A stretch of 41,614 nucleotides of DNA, from positions 1 through 41,614 of the forward strand of contig CAVTZU010000022.1 of NCBI GenBank assembly GCA_963739305.1, in the 5' to 3' direction. Below the pieces are notes generated by a model. It ran no database searches and was not told where the DNA came from. It was given only the letters and a program-made list of their open reading frames with translations. Below, piece after piece: positions 29,371 to 39,200 of this stretch (the first letter of the stretch is position 1; the number at the start of each line of letters is the position of its first letter). Source of the DNA: Candidatus Bathyarchaeota archaeon (GTDB lineage Archaea > Thermoproteota > Bathyarchaeia > Bathyarchaeales > Bathycorpusculaceae). The position numbers and the translations under genes are program-made.

Positions 29371-29628
29371 TTGGGAATCGACATCCAATCGAGTCAGGTT
29401 GAGGTAGTCGAGAAAATGGGAAGGAATACTCCTGAGGTATTTGAACGAAACTGCCCTTACGAAGAGAAGCATCGTAGATGCGAAGTCAAGGAGTGCGAAG
29501 AATGCGCAGTGTTGACGGTTTTTTGCCGAAACACCGAAAAAGAACGCGTGGAACGATCCAAAACTTTCGGCGTCAGATTTGACGTTTCAACGGATTCTGA
29601 CGATGTTCAAGTTCTCCGAAACGAGTGA
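29371..29628 (+). CDS. Small Cys-rich hypothetical protein
   Basis: CPY..RCEVKECEEC; alternative ATG at 29416. Confidence 0.45.
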   Translation: MGIDIQSSQVEVVEKMGRNTPEVFERNCPYEEKHRRCEVKECEECAVLTVFCRNTEKERVERSKTFGVRFDVSTDSDDVQVLRNE

Positions 29629-29786
29629 GTACATCTTCAGCTGCAGAAAACGCATCAAAATGCCAACAGCACCGACGGCCCAGAAGTAAGACCATTGCCC
29701 GCAGGTTTTTTCAGCATAGCAGGCTCTGGTGGGTTTTTGCGCAATTGATAAAAAGCGATGGTAGAACAGTTGATGAATGATGATAC

Positions 29787-30344
29787 ATGCCTAGTTTGCG
29801 GGTCGGTGATGACGCGGTCAGGGCGAAAACCGGAAAAGCATGGCACGAATGGTTCGAAATTTTGAACAATTCATCTGCCCATCACAAGAATCACCAAGAC
29901 ATCGTAAGGTTGCTGAACACGAAGTACGGTTTGAGCGCCTGGTGGTCTCAGATGGTCGCGAACGCTTTTGAGTAGCACTCAGGCACACGAGAGCAGTATC
30001 AGCGTCCAGGTGGTTACGAGATTAGTGTGAGCAAGACCTTCCCCGTTGCCGTGGCGGTTCTATATGACAGCTGGTTTTCAGAAGAATCAAGAAGTCAGTG
30101 GCTCAAAGGGTTCGTTATCAAAGTGACTACGTCCATGCGAAACAGGTCAATCAGGGCGCAGTGGCAGAATGGAGAAAGCAGGTTAAGCGTAGACTTCTAT
30201 TCGAAAGGAGTTGACAAGAGCCAAGTTGTGGTGCAGCACATGAGACTGAAAAGCCCAGAGGAGGCTGAGAGAATGCAGCTCTTCTGGAAAAACGGGCTAG
30301 AAAGGCTGAATGACCAAATCAGAAAAGAGGCAAGCAACCAATAG
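29787..30344 (+). pseudogene. DUF4287-like + SRPBCC-like protein with in-frame TAG
   Basis: AVRAKTGKAWHEWF...WWSQMV; TAG 29973-29975 in frame with SVSKTF...KSQVVVQH...FWKNGL. Confidence 0.75.
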
Positions 30345-30423
30345 AGTCAACCTTGTGACGATCACAATAGGAAGCTGTAGACACTTTTTCCATTCACCGA
30401 GATCACGTGAATGATTCGCGCTC

Positions 30424-31653
30424 CTAAACAGATTGTCGGGCTCCCAGCGTAACAGGGGACGTCATGGTCTCGTTGTTTCTCACGAATGCGACGTTGATCG
30501 TCTGACCGGGCAAAGTGTATTCTTCGAGGTAAGTTGAGAGAGCGTCCATGTTTGTGATTCTCGTGCCGTTGATCGCTATCACAATGTCTCCTCCTATCGT
30601 AACCGACGTTCCCGCGATTTGAACTTGATTCGTTCCTCCGCGTAGTCCAGCTTTGTCGGCGGGTCCTCCACTTGTAACCCCGCTGATAAGCCAACCATAC
30701 GTCACGTTCACGTTCATTGCTTGTGCTATTCCATAGGTCATGTCCGTTCCTGATGCACCGAGTGAAGGATGATTATTGTATGAGCCGGTCGCGATTAGAG
30801 ATCCAGTTTCTCGCAGTATTGAGCTTGAAGGAATTGCAAACCCGAGTCCCTGCGAATCAGTTACTATAGCCGTTGTTATGCCGATAACTTCTCCACGGTA
30901 GTTAAGAAGCGGGCCACCAGAGTTTCCCGGGTTTATTGGCGTCGTCGTCTGTATGCAATCAGCTATCACGTATCCGCCTGTGGTGCTCTCAGTAATTGTT
31001 CTGCCAAGGGCACTCACTATTCCTGACGTGATGGAACCAGAAAGCCCGTAAGGATTGCCAACTGCAAGAACCGGATCACCAACCTTCAACGTTGACGAAC
31101 TTGTGATCGTGAGTGGTACGTATTCATCTTGCGATGCGTTTATCGACAGTACTGCGAGATCTGCGTAAGGATCTGAACCAATCACGGCGGCTGCGTAAGT
31201 GTCACCGTCTATGAATGTTGCAGTGATATTGGTTGCGCCATCAACAACGTGAAAGTTTGTTATGATCACAAATTGCCCTGTCGCGTTGGAGACAAAGCCT
31301 GATCCTTGTACGGTAGAATAGTATGGGCGATTGAAGAAGTCGTACTGCACGATTATGCCTTCAATCGTGGCAACTGAGCTCTTGATTCGGTCGTACAGTT
31401 GCGATAGAGAAACGTTGTCTCCTAGAAAGAAGGTATTGTTTTCGTAGGAAGTGTTGTATTGCGTTTGTGGCTGGAGGTTCGAAAGCTGGTTTTGAAGTGT
31501 CGACATTTGATTTTGGAGGCTACTGATTTGGTTAGAAGTGGTCAAACTGACTATTGCGTAGCCGAATATTCCTCCAACCAGCAAGCATATTATCGCGGTT
31601 CCTATCAAAACCGTAGTTAGATGAAATGTTTTTTGTTTTTCAGGTGATTCCAT
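30424..31653 (-). CDS. Membrane-anchored HtrA/DegP-like serine protease with PDZ domain
   Basis: TNFHVV, DLAVL, INPGNSGGPL; PDZ GPADKAGLRGG...GDIV. Confidence 0.94.
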   Translation of the reverse strand: MESPEKQKTFHLTTVLIGTAIICLLVGGIFGYAIVSLTTSNQISSLQNQMSTLQNQLSNLQPQTQYNTSYENNTFFLGDNVSLSQLYDRIKSSVATIEGIIVQYDFFNRPYYSTVQGSGFVSNATGQFVIITNFHVVDGATNITATFIDGDTYAAAVIGSDPYADLAVLSINASQDEYVPLTITSSSTLKVGDPVLAVGNPYGLSGSITSGIVSALGRTITESTTGGYVIADCIQTTTPINPGNSGGPLLNYRGEVIGITTAIVTDSQGLGFAIPSSSILRETGSLIATGSYNNHPSLGASGTDMTYGIAQAMNVNVTYGWLISGVTSGGPADKAGLRGGTNQVQIAGTSVTIGGDIVIAINGTRITNMDALSTYLEEYTLPGQTINVAFVRNNETMTSPVTLGARQSV

Positions 31654-31673
31654 TTATGTCACTCCCAGACTTT

Positions 31674-32456
31674 TCATATTCGCTTCTTGCAACTCGGACA
31701 TCTTTCATCACTCACTTGAATATTTCCCCCACAATAGGGACATGTGAGCTTTTTCTTGGCAAGATGAAGCCCTTGCTTCTCTTTGGTGATTTTTCCGTCC
31801 TTCAGAAGAAGCATTCGCTCACTGTGTGAAGCAACATGACTGTCATGGGTGACCATCACCACAGTCGTTCCTTGTTTGATGTTCAAGTCTGCGAGCAGTC
31901 GGACAATCTCATACTTGCTCTCTGAATCCAAGTTTCCGGTTGGTTCGTCTGCCAAAATTATGGCTGGATCATTTGCCAAAGCCCGTGCAATCGCAACTCT
32001 TTGCTGCTCGCCAGCACTTAACCGCTGTGGCCTGTGCTCTTCCCTTCCTGCAAGCCCCACCAATCCCAGAAGTTCACGAGCCCTTCGTCTCCTTTCACTC
32101 TTCGATTTCTTAGTGTTCTCCATCGGGAGCTCCACATTTTCCACAGCATTCAAGTAAGGAATCAGGTTGAAGGTCTGGAAGATAAACCCCACTTTGTTCC
32201 GCCTAATCTTGAACAGTTCCTTTTCAGGCAATTTCGCTGTGTCGACCTCGTCAAGTATCATTCTTCCACTGGTGGGTTTGTCGAGGCAGCCCACAACATT
32301 CAGGAGAGTTGTCTTCCCTGAACCAGACGGACCCATAACCGCGATAAACTCGCCCTTTTTGACCTGAAGATTGAGGTCGGACAATGCGTGGATCTCGCGT
32401 TTGCCCATCGTGAAGGTCTTAGACAGATTTTCTGCTCTAAGAATAGCTTCACTCAT
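31674..32456 (-). CDS. MacB/LolD-type ABC ATPase with C-terminal zinc ribbon
   Basis: GPSGSGKTT, LSAGEQQR, DEPTGNLD; CPYCG..CPSC tail. Confidence 0.92.
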   Translation of the reverse strand: MSEAILRAENLSKTFTMGKREIHALSDLNLQVKKGEFIAVMGPSGSGKTTLLNVVGCLDKPTSGRMILDEVDTAKLPEKELFKIRRNKVGFIFQTFNLIPYLNAVENVELPMENTKKSKSERRRRARELLGLVGLAGREEHRPQRLSAGEQQRVAIARALANDPAIILADEPTGNLDSESKYEIVRLLADLNIKQGTTVVMVTHDSHVASHSERMLLLKDGKITKEKQGLHLAKKKLTCPYCGGNIQVSDERCPSCKKRI

Positions 32457-33855
32457 ATCTCATCGCCTCTGCAGGTCTGGTCCTTGACGCCCTCCACGCC
32501 GGGTACAGACTGCCAATTGCCCCTAGTAGTACGGCTGCACCGACAGCTAGCAACATAAGCTGTGGGTCCGGCACAGCTGTTACTACGCTTGCGCCCGCCG
32601 TTCCAGGGTTAGCTCCTCCGAAGGTGCCTCTGAAAGAACCTGAAGAACCAAAAAGGTTGATGCTCGGGAGCAGAAGACTGGACAAGAAAGGAGCTCCTAA
32701 GGTTCCGATTGCGATACCTACGACGCCACCAACCAGACTCATGAGCATTCCTTCGAGCATAAACTGACTCATCACATTCCAGCTGCTGAAACCGATGGCT
32801 TTGAAGGTGCCAATCTCCTTGGTTCTTTCGCGCACAGTGTATAACATGATGAGCAAGATAATCAGGCTCGTGGCAACGACTACTACGACGATCTCTTGAG
32901 TTGCGATGGCCTGAGTTTGCGCGAGGGTTGCTTCTGTATTGCTCAGTGTTTCATCGTATGTTGTTTGCATGCTCTGAAGCTGTGTTAAACGATCTTTGTA
33001 GTCCGTAACCTGAAGTTGCGAATATTCAGCTTGAATCGTTTGAGAGATCACATCCACATTAGAACTATCGTTCGCGTACACGTCAACCATCGTAACACTG
33101 CCCGTCTTGTTGGTCACGGTTTGAGCGTCAAGAATGTTCATGTAAACCGTTCTTGTTTCAAAAGCGCTTTGACCTGTCTGGTCATAGATCCCCACTACGG
33201 TGAATGATTCACCGTTGATCTGCACTGTGCCACCGACTCCTACTGCAAAATAGTAAGTGAGGTTTCGGCTCATGACGACCACGCCACTATCTTCTGCTTG
33301 CAGATTTCTTCCAGCTGTTATGTTCGTTGGCAGAATTGAATAGCTGTCGACAAAAGAGGAGTTCAGGCAAACGCCTTCAATCGTGTAAAGAGGTCTAGAA
33401 ATCGTAAAACTTCTTCCGCCGAATCCAGTTATGGTTTCCGAAGTCGTTGCGTTAGACTGTGCTGAAAGGAATGGCACAACATCCTTGACGCCAGCGATAG
33501 AGAGTATTTCATCAACGATAGTTTCATTCAATGATGCTCCTTGTCCGGGGCCAAATATTCGCTCACTAGGGGGACCACCTGAAAAGTTGCCGGGGACGCT
33601 GCCTTGCCCAGATCCAGATGAATTTCGAACCTCGATCAATGTAGCTGTCGTGTTGATCTCCAGCTGCATGTTGGTGATTGTATTGTTGAAATTCTCCGCT
33701 AAACTTTGCGCGGAGGTCTGATTTGCAACGACACCTGCAGGGATAGAAATCATTATTGCCATGGAGACTCCCAAAGCAACAATTACCAATAATGTTCTTA
33801 TTTTCCTTCGCGATAGGTTTCTAACCGCTCTTGTTAAGGCACCCAAATCCTTCAC
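32449..33855 (-). CDS. MacB/FtsX-like ABC permease
   Basis: RRKIRTLL; large extracellular domain; VRERTKEIGTFKAIG; YPAWRASR. Confidence 0.92.
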   Translation of the reverse strand: MKDLGALTRAVRNLSRRKIRTLLVIVALGVSMAIMISIPAGVVANQTSAQSLAENFNNTITNMQLEINTTATLIEVRNSSGSGQGSVPGNFSGGPPSERIFGPGQGASLNETIVDEILSIAGVKDVVPFLSAQSNATTSETITGFGGRSFTISRPLYTIEGVCLNSSFVDSYSILPTNITAGRNLQAEDSGVVVMSRNLTYYFAVGVGGTVQINGESFTVVGIYDQTGQSAFETRTVYMNILDAQTVTNKTGSVTMVDVYANDSSNVDVISQTIQAEYSQLQVTDYKDRLTQLQSMQTTYDETLSNTEATLAQTQAIATQEIVVVVVATSLIILLIMLYTVRERTKEIGTFKAIGFSSWNVMSQFMLEGMLMSLVGGVVGIAIGTLGAPFLSSLLLPSINLFGSSGSFRGTFGGANPGTAGASVVTAVPDPQLMLLAVGAAVLLGAIGSLYPAWRASRTRPAEAMRYE

Positions 33856-34019
33856 TTCTACAGACGTTCTCTATTTGATTCTGCAAAGAGAATAGGACAA
33901 ACGGTCAATCCCGAAATTTTTGCACCCAGACATATCTTGACCTCACTATCATGCACTGTCTTCCATCTCCTTGCGAAACTGTGATGTATCGTTGGAGAGA
34001 GAAGTGGATTATTAAACCG

Positions 34020-34053
34020 TTTTTCAGAATTATACCCAATTCTGTACCAAATC
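34020..34053 (-). promoter_or_regulatory. 34-bp operator-like motif, copy 1, abutting BRE/TATA of the ABC-HtrA operon
   Basis: Plus strand TTTTTCAGAATTATACCCAATTCTGTACCAAATC; followed on the minus strand by TTTAATAA. Confidence 0.7.
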
Positions 34054-34134
34054 GAAATATGTTGATTCAATGGTCAATGACCGAGAAACTCAAATGACGA
34101 TCATAAGACCGATTTGATCCAGGTTGACTCTCAA

Positions 34135-35058
34135 CTAGGCAAGAGTCTCGAATTGCTTCAAGCTGTCCTTCCTCGTCAAGAAACGTGAGCGGCGTTGGAC
34201 GATAAAAGGAATGAGTTTCTCTGCTATCAAGAAAGCGCACGTTCCGTAGATGACTGCCGCAATCAGATCTGCAACATAATGTTCCCCAAGATAAACTGTG
34301 CTGAACCAAACTCCAGCTGGAAAGACAAGGATAGGCAATGCTTTTGCTTTTCCAATCTTCAATGAATAAAGGGAAATCAGCCAGGGATACATCGCATGCA
34401 GGCTTGGAAACGCTGCAAACGGGTTACTCTGGAGGAAATCGAAGAAGCTGCGATAAAACGGCACGCCTAAATCCCCATCGAGCTGGGTCAAGACACGGGT
34501 TGCATTAACTCCGTACCACGGAGGCGCGGAAGGATACAAGAGGTATGTTATCAAGGCGGCATAAGTGCCGATTGCAAAGGTGAGAACGTATCCACGATAG
34601 TTCCCAGGATGATACTTCCAAAGCAGAAATGCAAAGACTACAGGAGCCACGAAGTGTAGCGAATAGAAGAAGGTACTTAGATAATCCAGTAAAGGAGACC
34701 TGTAGAACTGTTGGAGCACGAGGGTGGGGATTGCCCCAAACAATTTGAAATCAGCGTTTATGAGTTCGTTAACGTGAACGGTTTTTGATAAGCTGCCGAC
34801 TAAGGTATTCATGGCTTCATAAGACAAGAAGACCAGCACGAAAGGAGCCCATTCATTTACGAAACGGTGACCGCTTTCAGCATATATGGCATATATGAAA
34901 AAGCACATTACTATGATTTCTGGACTCGGGATGATTCCGTTTGTCAAACAAAGAACGATCAACACTGAAACAAATATGATCGAGATCACGACCACTGGGA
35001 TGCGTAAAGAAAGAGATGAGGGCTTCGTTTCGAGCCTTGACGCGCTTTCGCCTTCCAT
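34135..35058 (-). CDS. PAP2-superfamily AUR1/IPC-synthase-like membrane protein
   Basis: PSAPPW, AAFPSLH, GEHYVAD. Confidence 0.88.
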   Translation of the reverse strand: MEGESASRLETKPSSLSLRIPVVVISIIFVSVLIVLCLTNGIIPSPEIIVMCFFIYAIYAESGHRFVNEWAPFVLVFLSYEAMNTLVGSLSKTVHVNELINADFKLFGAIPTLVLQQFYRSPLLDYLSTFFYSLHFVAPVVFAFLLWKYHPGNYRGYVLTFAIGTYAALITYLLYPSAPPWYGVNATRVLTQLDGDLGVPFYRSFFDFLQSNPFAAFPSLHAMYPWLISLYSLKIGKAKALPILVFPAGVWFSTVYLGEHYVADLIAAVIYGTCAFLIAEKLIPFIVQRRSRFLTRKDSLKQFETLA

Positions 35059-35260
35059 AGCCTTCTCACTTATGGGTGCTTGCGGTGCGGCCTTAAGATT
35101 CTTTTGGCAGGTGTCGGAAAAAAGCGACGCAAGAATTAAGGAAAGACGTTTTCTTCCGACGCAACGTTTCGGCCTTAAAGGCTCGTTCTTGAATGCTGGG
35201 TTTCAATGGATCTATGATTCTTGCTCTATGCCATAAAGCCTGAGGACGCATGAGAGATCC

Positions 35261-35479
35261 TTAGCAGAATGCAGGAAGATCATGATTCTGAGCACCCGAA
35301 CCGCATTTTGGTAGGCCTTCACTATTTCTGAGCGAGTCTTTGTGACGACAACTCTTGCGCGTTGAGCAAGAAGGATCTTCGCTGCAATCGCTCTCTTTCT
35401 CGTCATATTCGACGACAATTTTGGTCTCTTGCTTTTTTCCATTCTCTTCATTCTCCCACTTTGGTTCTTCATTCTTCAT
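35261..35479 (-). CDS. Small Cys-rich hypothetical protein
   Basis: GGTGAG RBS; charged N-terminus; 5 Cys in the C-terminal half; lies downstream of operator copy 2. Confidence 0.5.
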   Translation of the reverse strand: MKNEEPKWENEENGKKQETKIVVEYDEKESDCSEDPSCSTRKSCRHKDSLRNSEGLPKCGSGAQNHDLPAFC

Positions 35480-35639
35480 AGGATCTCACCAGGGTCTAGA
35501 AGCAGCTGAAGGGGAAAGGAGAAACGGAAAAGTAATGTTCAACTTTTCTAGGCCTAGGTGAGCATCTTTTTGAAGAATAGAGTTTCGTCGATTTGTTCTC
35601 TGCCTCCAAATCGTTCAAAAGCAACTGGTTATTTAGGAC

Positions 35640-35673
35640 TTTTTCAGAATCATACCCAATTCTTTACCAAATC
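35640..35673 (-). promoter_or_regulatory. 34-bp operator-like motif, copy 2
   Basis: 32/34 identical to copy 1; followed on the minus strand by CTAAATAA. Confidence 0.7.
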
Positions 35674-35782
35674 TTGCGGTTCACAATCGTCAAGCTTGAA
35701 GGAAAACGCTGAGAAGAACACCTTTATTAACTAATTCAAATAGGTTTAACAAAAACTCCTCGAGGCATGCGGAGCGGTAGAG

Positions 35783-36085
35783 ATGGCGGTTAGTGCGCGT
35801 CCTTTCAAGTATGTGCTAGGCTGGCTAATTGCGGGGACGAGAGGAGGTGTCAGCCGCGCCAGAATAATCCAAACTCTAAAAGAGACTCCGCAGAATGCAA
35901 ATCAATTGGCGACATCGCTCGGGATGGATTATAGGACGATAAGACATCATCTGGCGGTGTTAGAGAAGAACAAGATAATTACCTCCGCTGGCGAAGGATA
36001 CGGCACTACGTATTTCCTCTCTCCGGCGATGGAGGAAAACTATTCTGCGTTCGAGGAGATTCTGAACAAAATCTGGAAAAAGTAG
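35783..36085 (+). CDS. ArsR-like winged-helix regulator
   Basis: WLIAGTRGG..RARII..PQNANQLA..MDYRTIRHHL..GYGTTYFLS. Confidence 0.9.
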   Translation: MAVSARPFKYVLGWLIAGTRGGVSRARIIQTLKETPQNANQLATSLGMDYRTIRHHLAVLEKNKIITSAGEGYGTTYFLSPAMEENYSAFEEILNKIWKK

Positions 36086-36102
36086 AAAAGGGAGATAAAA
36101 GA

Positions 36103-36549
36103 ATGAACCATCGTATGAATAAATACCTAAGAACTTCCGTAATAGTGGCAATCGTTGTGGTTGTGGCCATTCTGGCAGCGATCTGGGCCTCATCGACATC
36201 CTTCTTCCCACGTTTTCCTTTCGAACGTCGCGTACCACCCAGAGAGGGAATTCCATTGGACTTTGAGTTTTTCTACACAATAGACACGGTGATTTCCACA
36301 GTCAACGTGACGCTTTCGATAATCCTTCTTGTCGTGTACGTCAACATCTACAGAAAGACAAGATCGGAATTCACGATCGGATTAATAATATTCTCAGCGG
36401 TCTTCCTTCTGAATGCACTTTTCTCCAATCATTTTGTGATTTGGGTTTTTGGTTTTCAGCCGTCCGGTCTGGGACCATTTGCCTTGCTGCCAGGTCTATT
36501 TACGCTTTCAGCCTTAGCCGTGCTGCTGTACCTGAGTTTCCGATACTAG
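36103..36549 (+). CDS. Membrane protein coupled to the wHTH regulator
   Basis: About 4 TM helices; YRKTRSEFTIGL. Confidence 0.8.
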   Translation: MNHRMNKYLRTSVIVAIVVVVAILAAIWASSTSFFPRFPFERRVPPREGIPLDFEFFYTIDTVISTVNVTLSIILLVVYVNIYRKTRSEFTIGLIIFSAVFLLNALFSNHFVIWVFGFQPSGLGPFALLPGLFTLSALAVLLYLSFRY

Positions 36550-36623
36550 CGTGCAAATAGATAACACTGTGAACCATACTAATGATTCATTGGAACATGA
36601 AGAATAGGAGTGAAAGCGCAAGC

Positions 36624-37415
36624 ATGAGTGAACTGAAAACGAAGGAAGCGAATTATGGTAATTGGGTATCTTCGAAATTGCTTTTTGTTCTTGGTTTTGT
36701 TGCTTTTCTCTTCTTGGTTTTCTGTTGTTTTTCTAGTCTTCCTGGATCTCTATTTTGCCTTTCTCGTTTCTGTTGTTGGTGGGCTCGCGTTTGTCTTAAC
36801 ATTCGTCTACTTCGCGTACGCACGATACGAGTTCTCGCCGCGGGGTGGAAATGTTCAGGCTCAGATCCAAGAACTGGTTCTGGACGATTGAAATGGGATG
36901 GGAAGGGGCAGGCTCTTGACATCGGATGCGGAAACGGCACCCTCAGCATCAAGTTGGCTAAAAAGTTCATTGATGCCCAGGTTATTGGCGTAGACTATTG
37001 GGGTGGATTGTGGGAGTACTCGAAAATCGTTTGCGAGACAAATGCAGAGATCGCGGGTGTACGAGGTCGAATGAACTTTAAGAAAGCGAGTGCCTCCGCC
37101 TTGCCTTTTGAAGATGGATTCTTTGATGCGACCATAAGTAATCTAGTGTTTCATGAGGTGAGCGATGCCAAAAACAAACAAGATGTGATCAAGGAAGCGC
37201 TGAGAATCCTTAAGAAGGGAGGCAGTTTTTCTTTCCAGGACTTGTTCTTGGCGAAGAAAACGTACGGCGAGGTTGCCGACTTGCTTGAAACAATCAGGAG
37301 TTGGGGCGTTGAGAACGTTCAGTTCTTGGACACGAGCCATTCAGGATTTATTCCGAAGGCTCTCAGGCTGCCGTTCATGGTCGGTACAATTGGTGTCCTC
37401 TACGGGACAAAATGA
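36624..37415 (+). CDS. Class I SAM-dependent methyltransferase with N-terminal TM (two compensating frameshifts, ~36720 and ~36888)
   Basis: NYGNWV; LDIGCGNG; LPFEDGFFD..SNLVFHEV; the segment FAYARYEFSPRGGNVQ lies in another frame. Confidence 0.85.
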   Translation: MSELKTKEANYGNWVSSKLLFVLGFVAFLFLVFCCFSSLPGSLFCLSRFCCWWARVCLNIRLLRVRTIRVLAAGWKCSGSDPRTGSGRLKWDGKGQALDIGCGNGTLSIKLAKKFIDAQVIGVDYWGGLWEYSKIVCETNAEIAGVRGRMNFKKASASALPFEDGFFDATISNLVFHEVSDAKNKQDVIKEALRILKKGGSFSFQDLFLAKKTYGEVADLLETIRSWGVENVQFLDTSHSGFIPKALRLPFMVGTIGVLYGTK

Positions 37416-37553
37416 TACTTAGCTTTCGCCACCAAAATGCCGATGCTTCAGATAGGACTTCTGTTGCTTTAACCAGAAAGTAGGATAAGCTTAAAGGGTC
37501 AAATTTGCATTGCTACTACCTAAGCCGCAATTTCTGATCATGATGGTGAAAAG

Positions 37554-37946
37554 ATGGAAACATCATCCGAAGCAAAGAAGCAAGTTGCGTTCAAGTTGCT
37601 TGACCGGACATTTAACGAGGGCGCACTTTCGGTTATTGACGAAACCTGTTCAAAAAACATCGTTGTCCACAATCCAAGAGTACCAGACGACCTCAAAGGA
37701 ATTGAAGCTTTCAAAAGATTCGTCAAAGACTTCCGTTGGGCGTTCAGGGACATTCATTTGCACGTGGACGAACTGCACGCCGAAGGCGACACGGTGGACG
37801 CTCACACGACCTTTACCGCCACGAACCAAGCACCGTTTCTCGGAAGCCCCGCCACACAAAAAGAAGTGAACACCGAACCCGTATTCTTCTTCAAGTTTGG
37901 GCCTGACGGAAAAGTGGTTGAGCACTGGCAAGAGAAGATACCGTAG
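37554..37946 (+). CDS. SnoaL-like / ester cyclase (NTF2 fold)
   Basis: GIEAFKRF..AFRDI..AEGDTV..FLGSPATQKEV..GKVVEHW. Confidence 0.88.
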   Translation: METSSEAKKQVAFKLLDRTFNEGALSVIDETCSKNIVVHNPRVPDDLKGIEAFKRFVKDFRWAFRDIHLHVDELHAEGDTVDAHTTFTATNQAPFLGSPATQKEVNTEPVFFFKFGPDGKVVEHWQEKIP

Positions 37947-38033
37947 ATTCTGCGCCGGAAACCGCCAGTTCAAGAAACGCTAATGCTTAACGCGAAAGAA
38001 TAAATTCAATTTTCTACCGTCAGGTGCATGGGG

Positions 38034-39200
38034 TCAGTAGGATTTTGGCAGGCCTAGGACATGTTCGCCTATGAATGCGAGGGCCATCTGATGGGTCACT
38101 GGCGCCAACCTGATCAGGTTCACTTCTCTCCACCAGCGTTCCACGTCGTATTCAACTGTGTAGCCGTAGCCGCCGAACGTCTGCATCGCATGGTAGACGG
38201 CTTGATAGCCTGCTTCTTCAGCTGCAACCTTTGCCATAGCTGCTTCCGCGCCGCACGGTTGCCCTTTGTCGTAGAGCCATGCTGACTTGTACGTCAGCAG
38301 TCTGGCAGCCTCAATCTTTGCTTTTGCCTCCGCGAGCGGGAACTGAAGCGCTTGATAGGAGCCGATGGGTGCTCCGAAAACCTTTCGTTGCTTAGCGTGC
38401 TCGACAGCCTTTTTGATTGCCAAGATGCCCAGTCCTCCAGCAGCGACTGAAAAAGACATTCGTTCAGGGTTAAGAGTGTCCAGTATGAGATACCAGCCCT
38501 TGTCCTTCTCGCCGAGAAGGTTTTCTCGAGGTATCTTGAGGTCACTGATGTAAACATCGCATGTTTTTGAGTAGTTGATTCCGTGTTTTTCTATCGGAAT
38601 AACTTCCACCGCCGGGTTAGGAAGATCCACAAGGAAGAGGCTGAGACCTATAGTTTTCTTCGGCGCTTTTTCCAAGGAAGTCGTCCTGGTGATCAGCACC
38701 ATTCCTTTCGCTCTGTCGGCCCCTGAGATGAGAGTTTTTCTTCCATTTACGATGAAGTGGTCTCCATCTTCCACCGCAGTGGTCTGGATGTTTAGAGTGT
38801 TCGTCCCAGCATCCGGCTCGGTGAGACCCAAACAAAACTCGCTTCCTTTAACGATTCTTGGCAAATACTTGTCTTTTTGGTCTTCGTTTCCATGTTTGAG
38901 AAGGGACAAACCGCCAAAAACTGATGTAAGGCACAGAAACCATGTGCCTGCCAGCCCGCAGCTTTCAGAAGTGAGAGTTTCCATTGCCAAAAGCATTTCA
39001 TATAGTCCCATGCCACCTCCTCCATACTTTTCAGGCACAACTATACCGACGAAGCCGGCGTCGATCAAAGCCTTCCAAAAATCATCAGGAAACTCGTGGT
39101 TCTTGTCCCTGTTACGCCAGTATTCTGGATCGAAATCTTTCGCAACGTCACAGGCCGCACTTACTATCATCTTCTGCTCCGGAGTTAGCTCAAAGCTCAA
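38034..39200 (-). CDS. Acyl-CoA dehydrogenase
   Basis: PEKYGGGG, LTEPDAGT, NGRKTLISGA, QTFGGYGY; TTG start after GGTGAG. Confidence 0.95.
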   Translation of the reverse strand: MSFELTPEQKMIVSAACDVAKDFDPEYWRNRDKNHEFPDDFWKALIDAGFVGIVVPEKYGGGGMGLYEMLLAMETLTSESCGLAGTWFLCLTSVFGGLSLLKHGNEDQKDKYLPRIVKGSEFCLGLTEPDAGTNTLNIQTTAVEDGDHFIVNGRKTLISGADRAKGMVLITRTTSLEKAPKKTIGLSLFLVDLPNPAVEVIPIEKHGINYSKTCDVYISDLKIPRENLLGEKDKGWYLILDTLNPERMSFSVAAGGLGILAIKKAVEHAKQRKVFGAPIGSYQALQFPLAEAKAKIEAARLLTYKSAWLYDKGQPCGAEAAMAKVAAEEAGYQAVYHAMQTFGGYGYTVEYDVERWWREVNLIRLAPVTHQMALAFIGEHVLGLPKSY

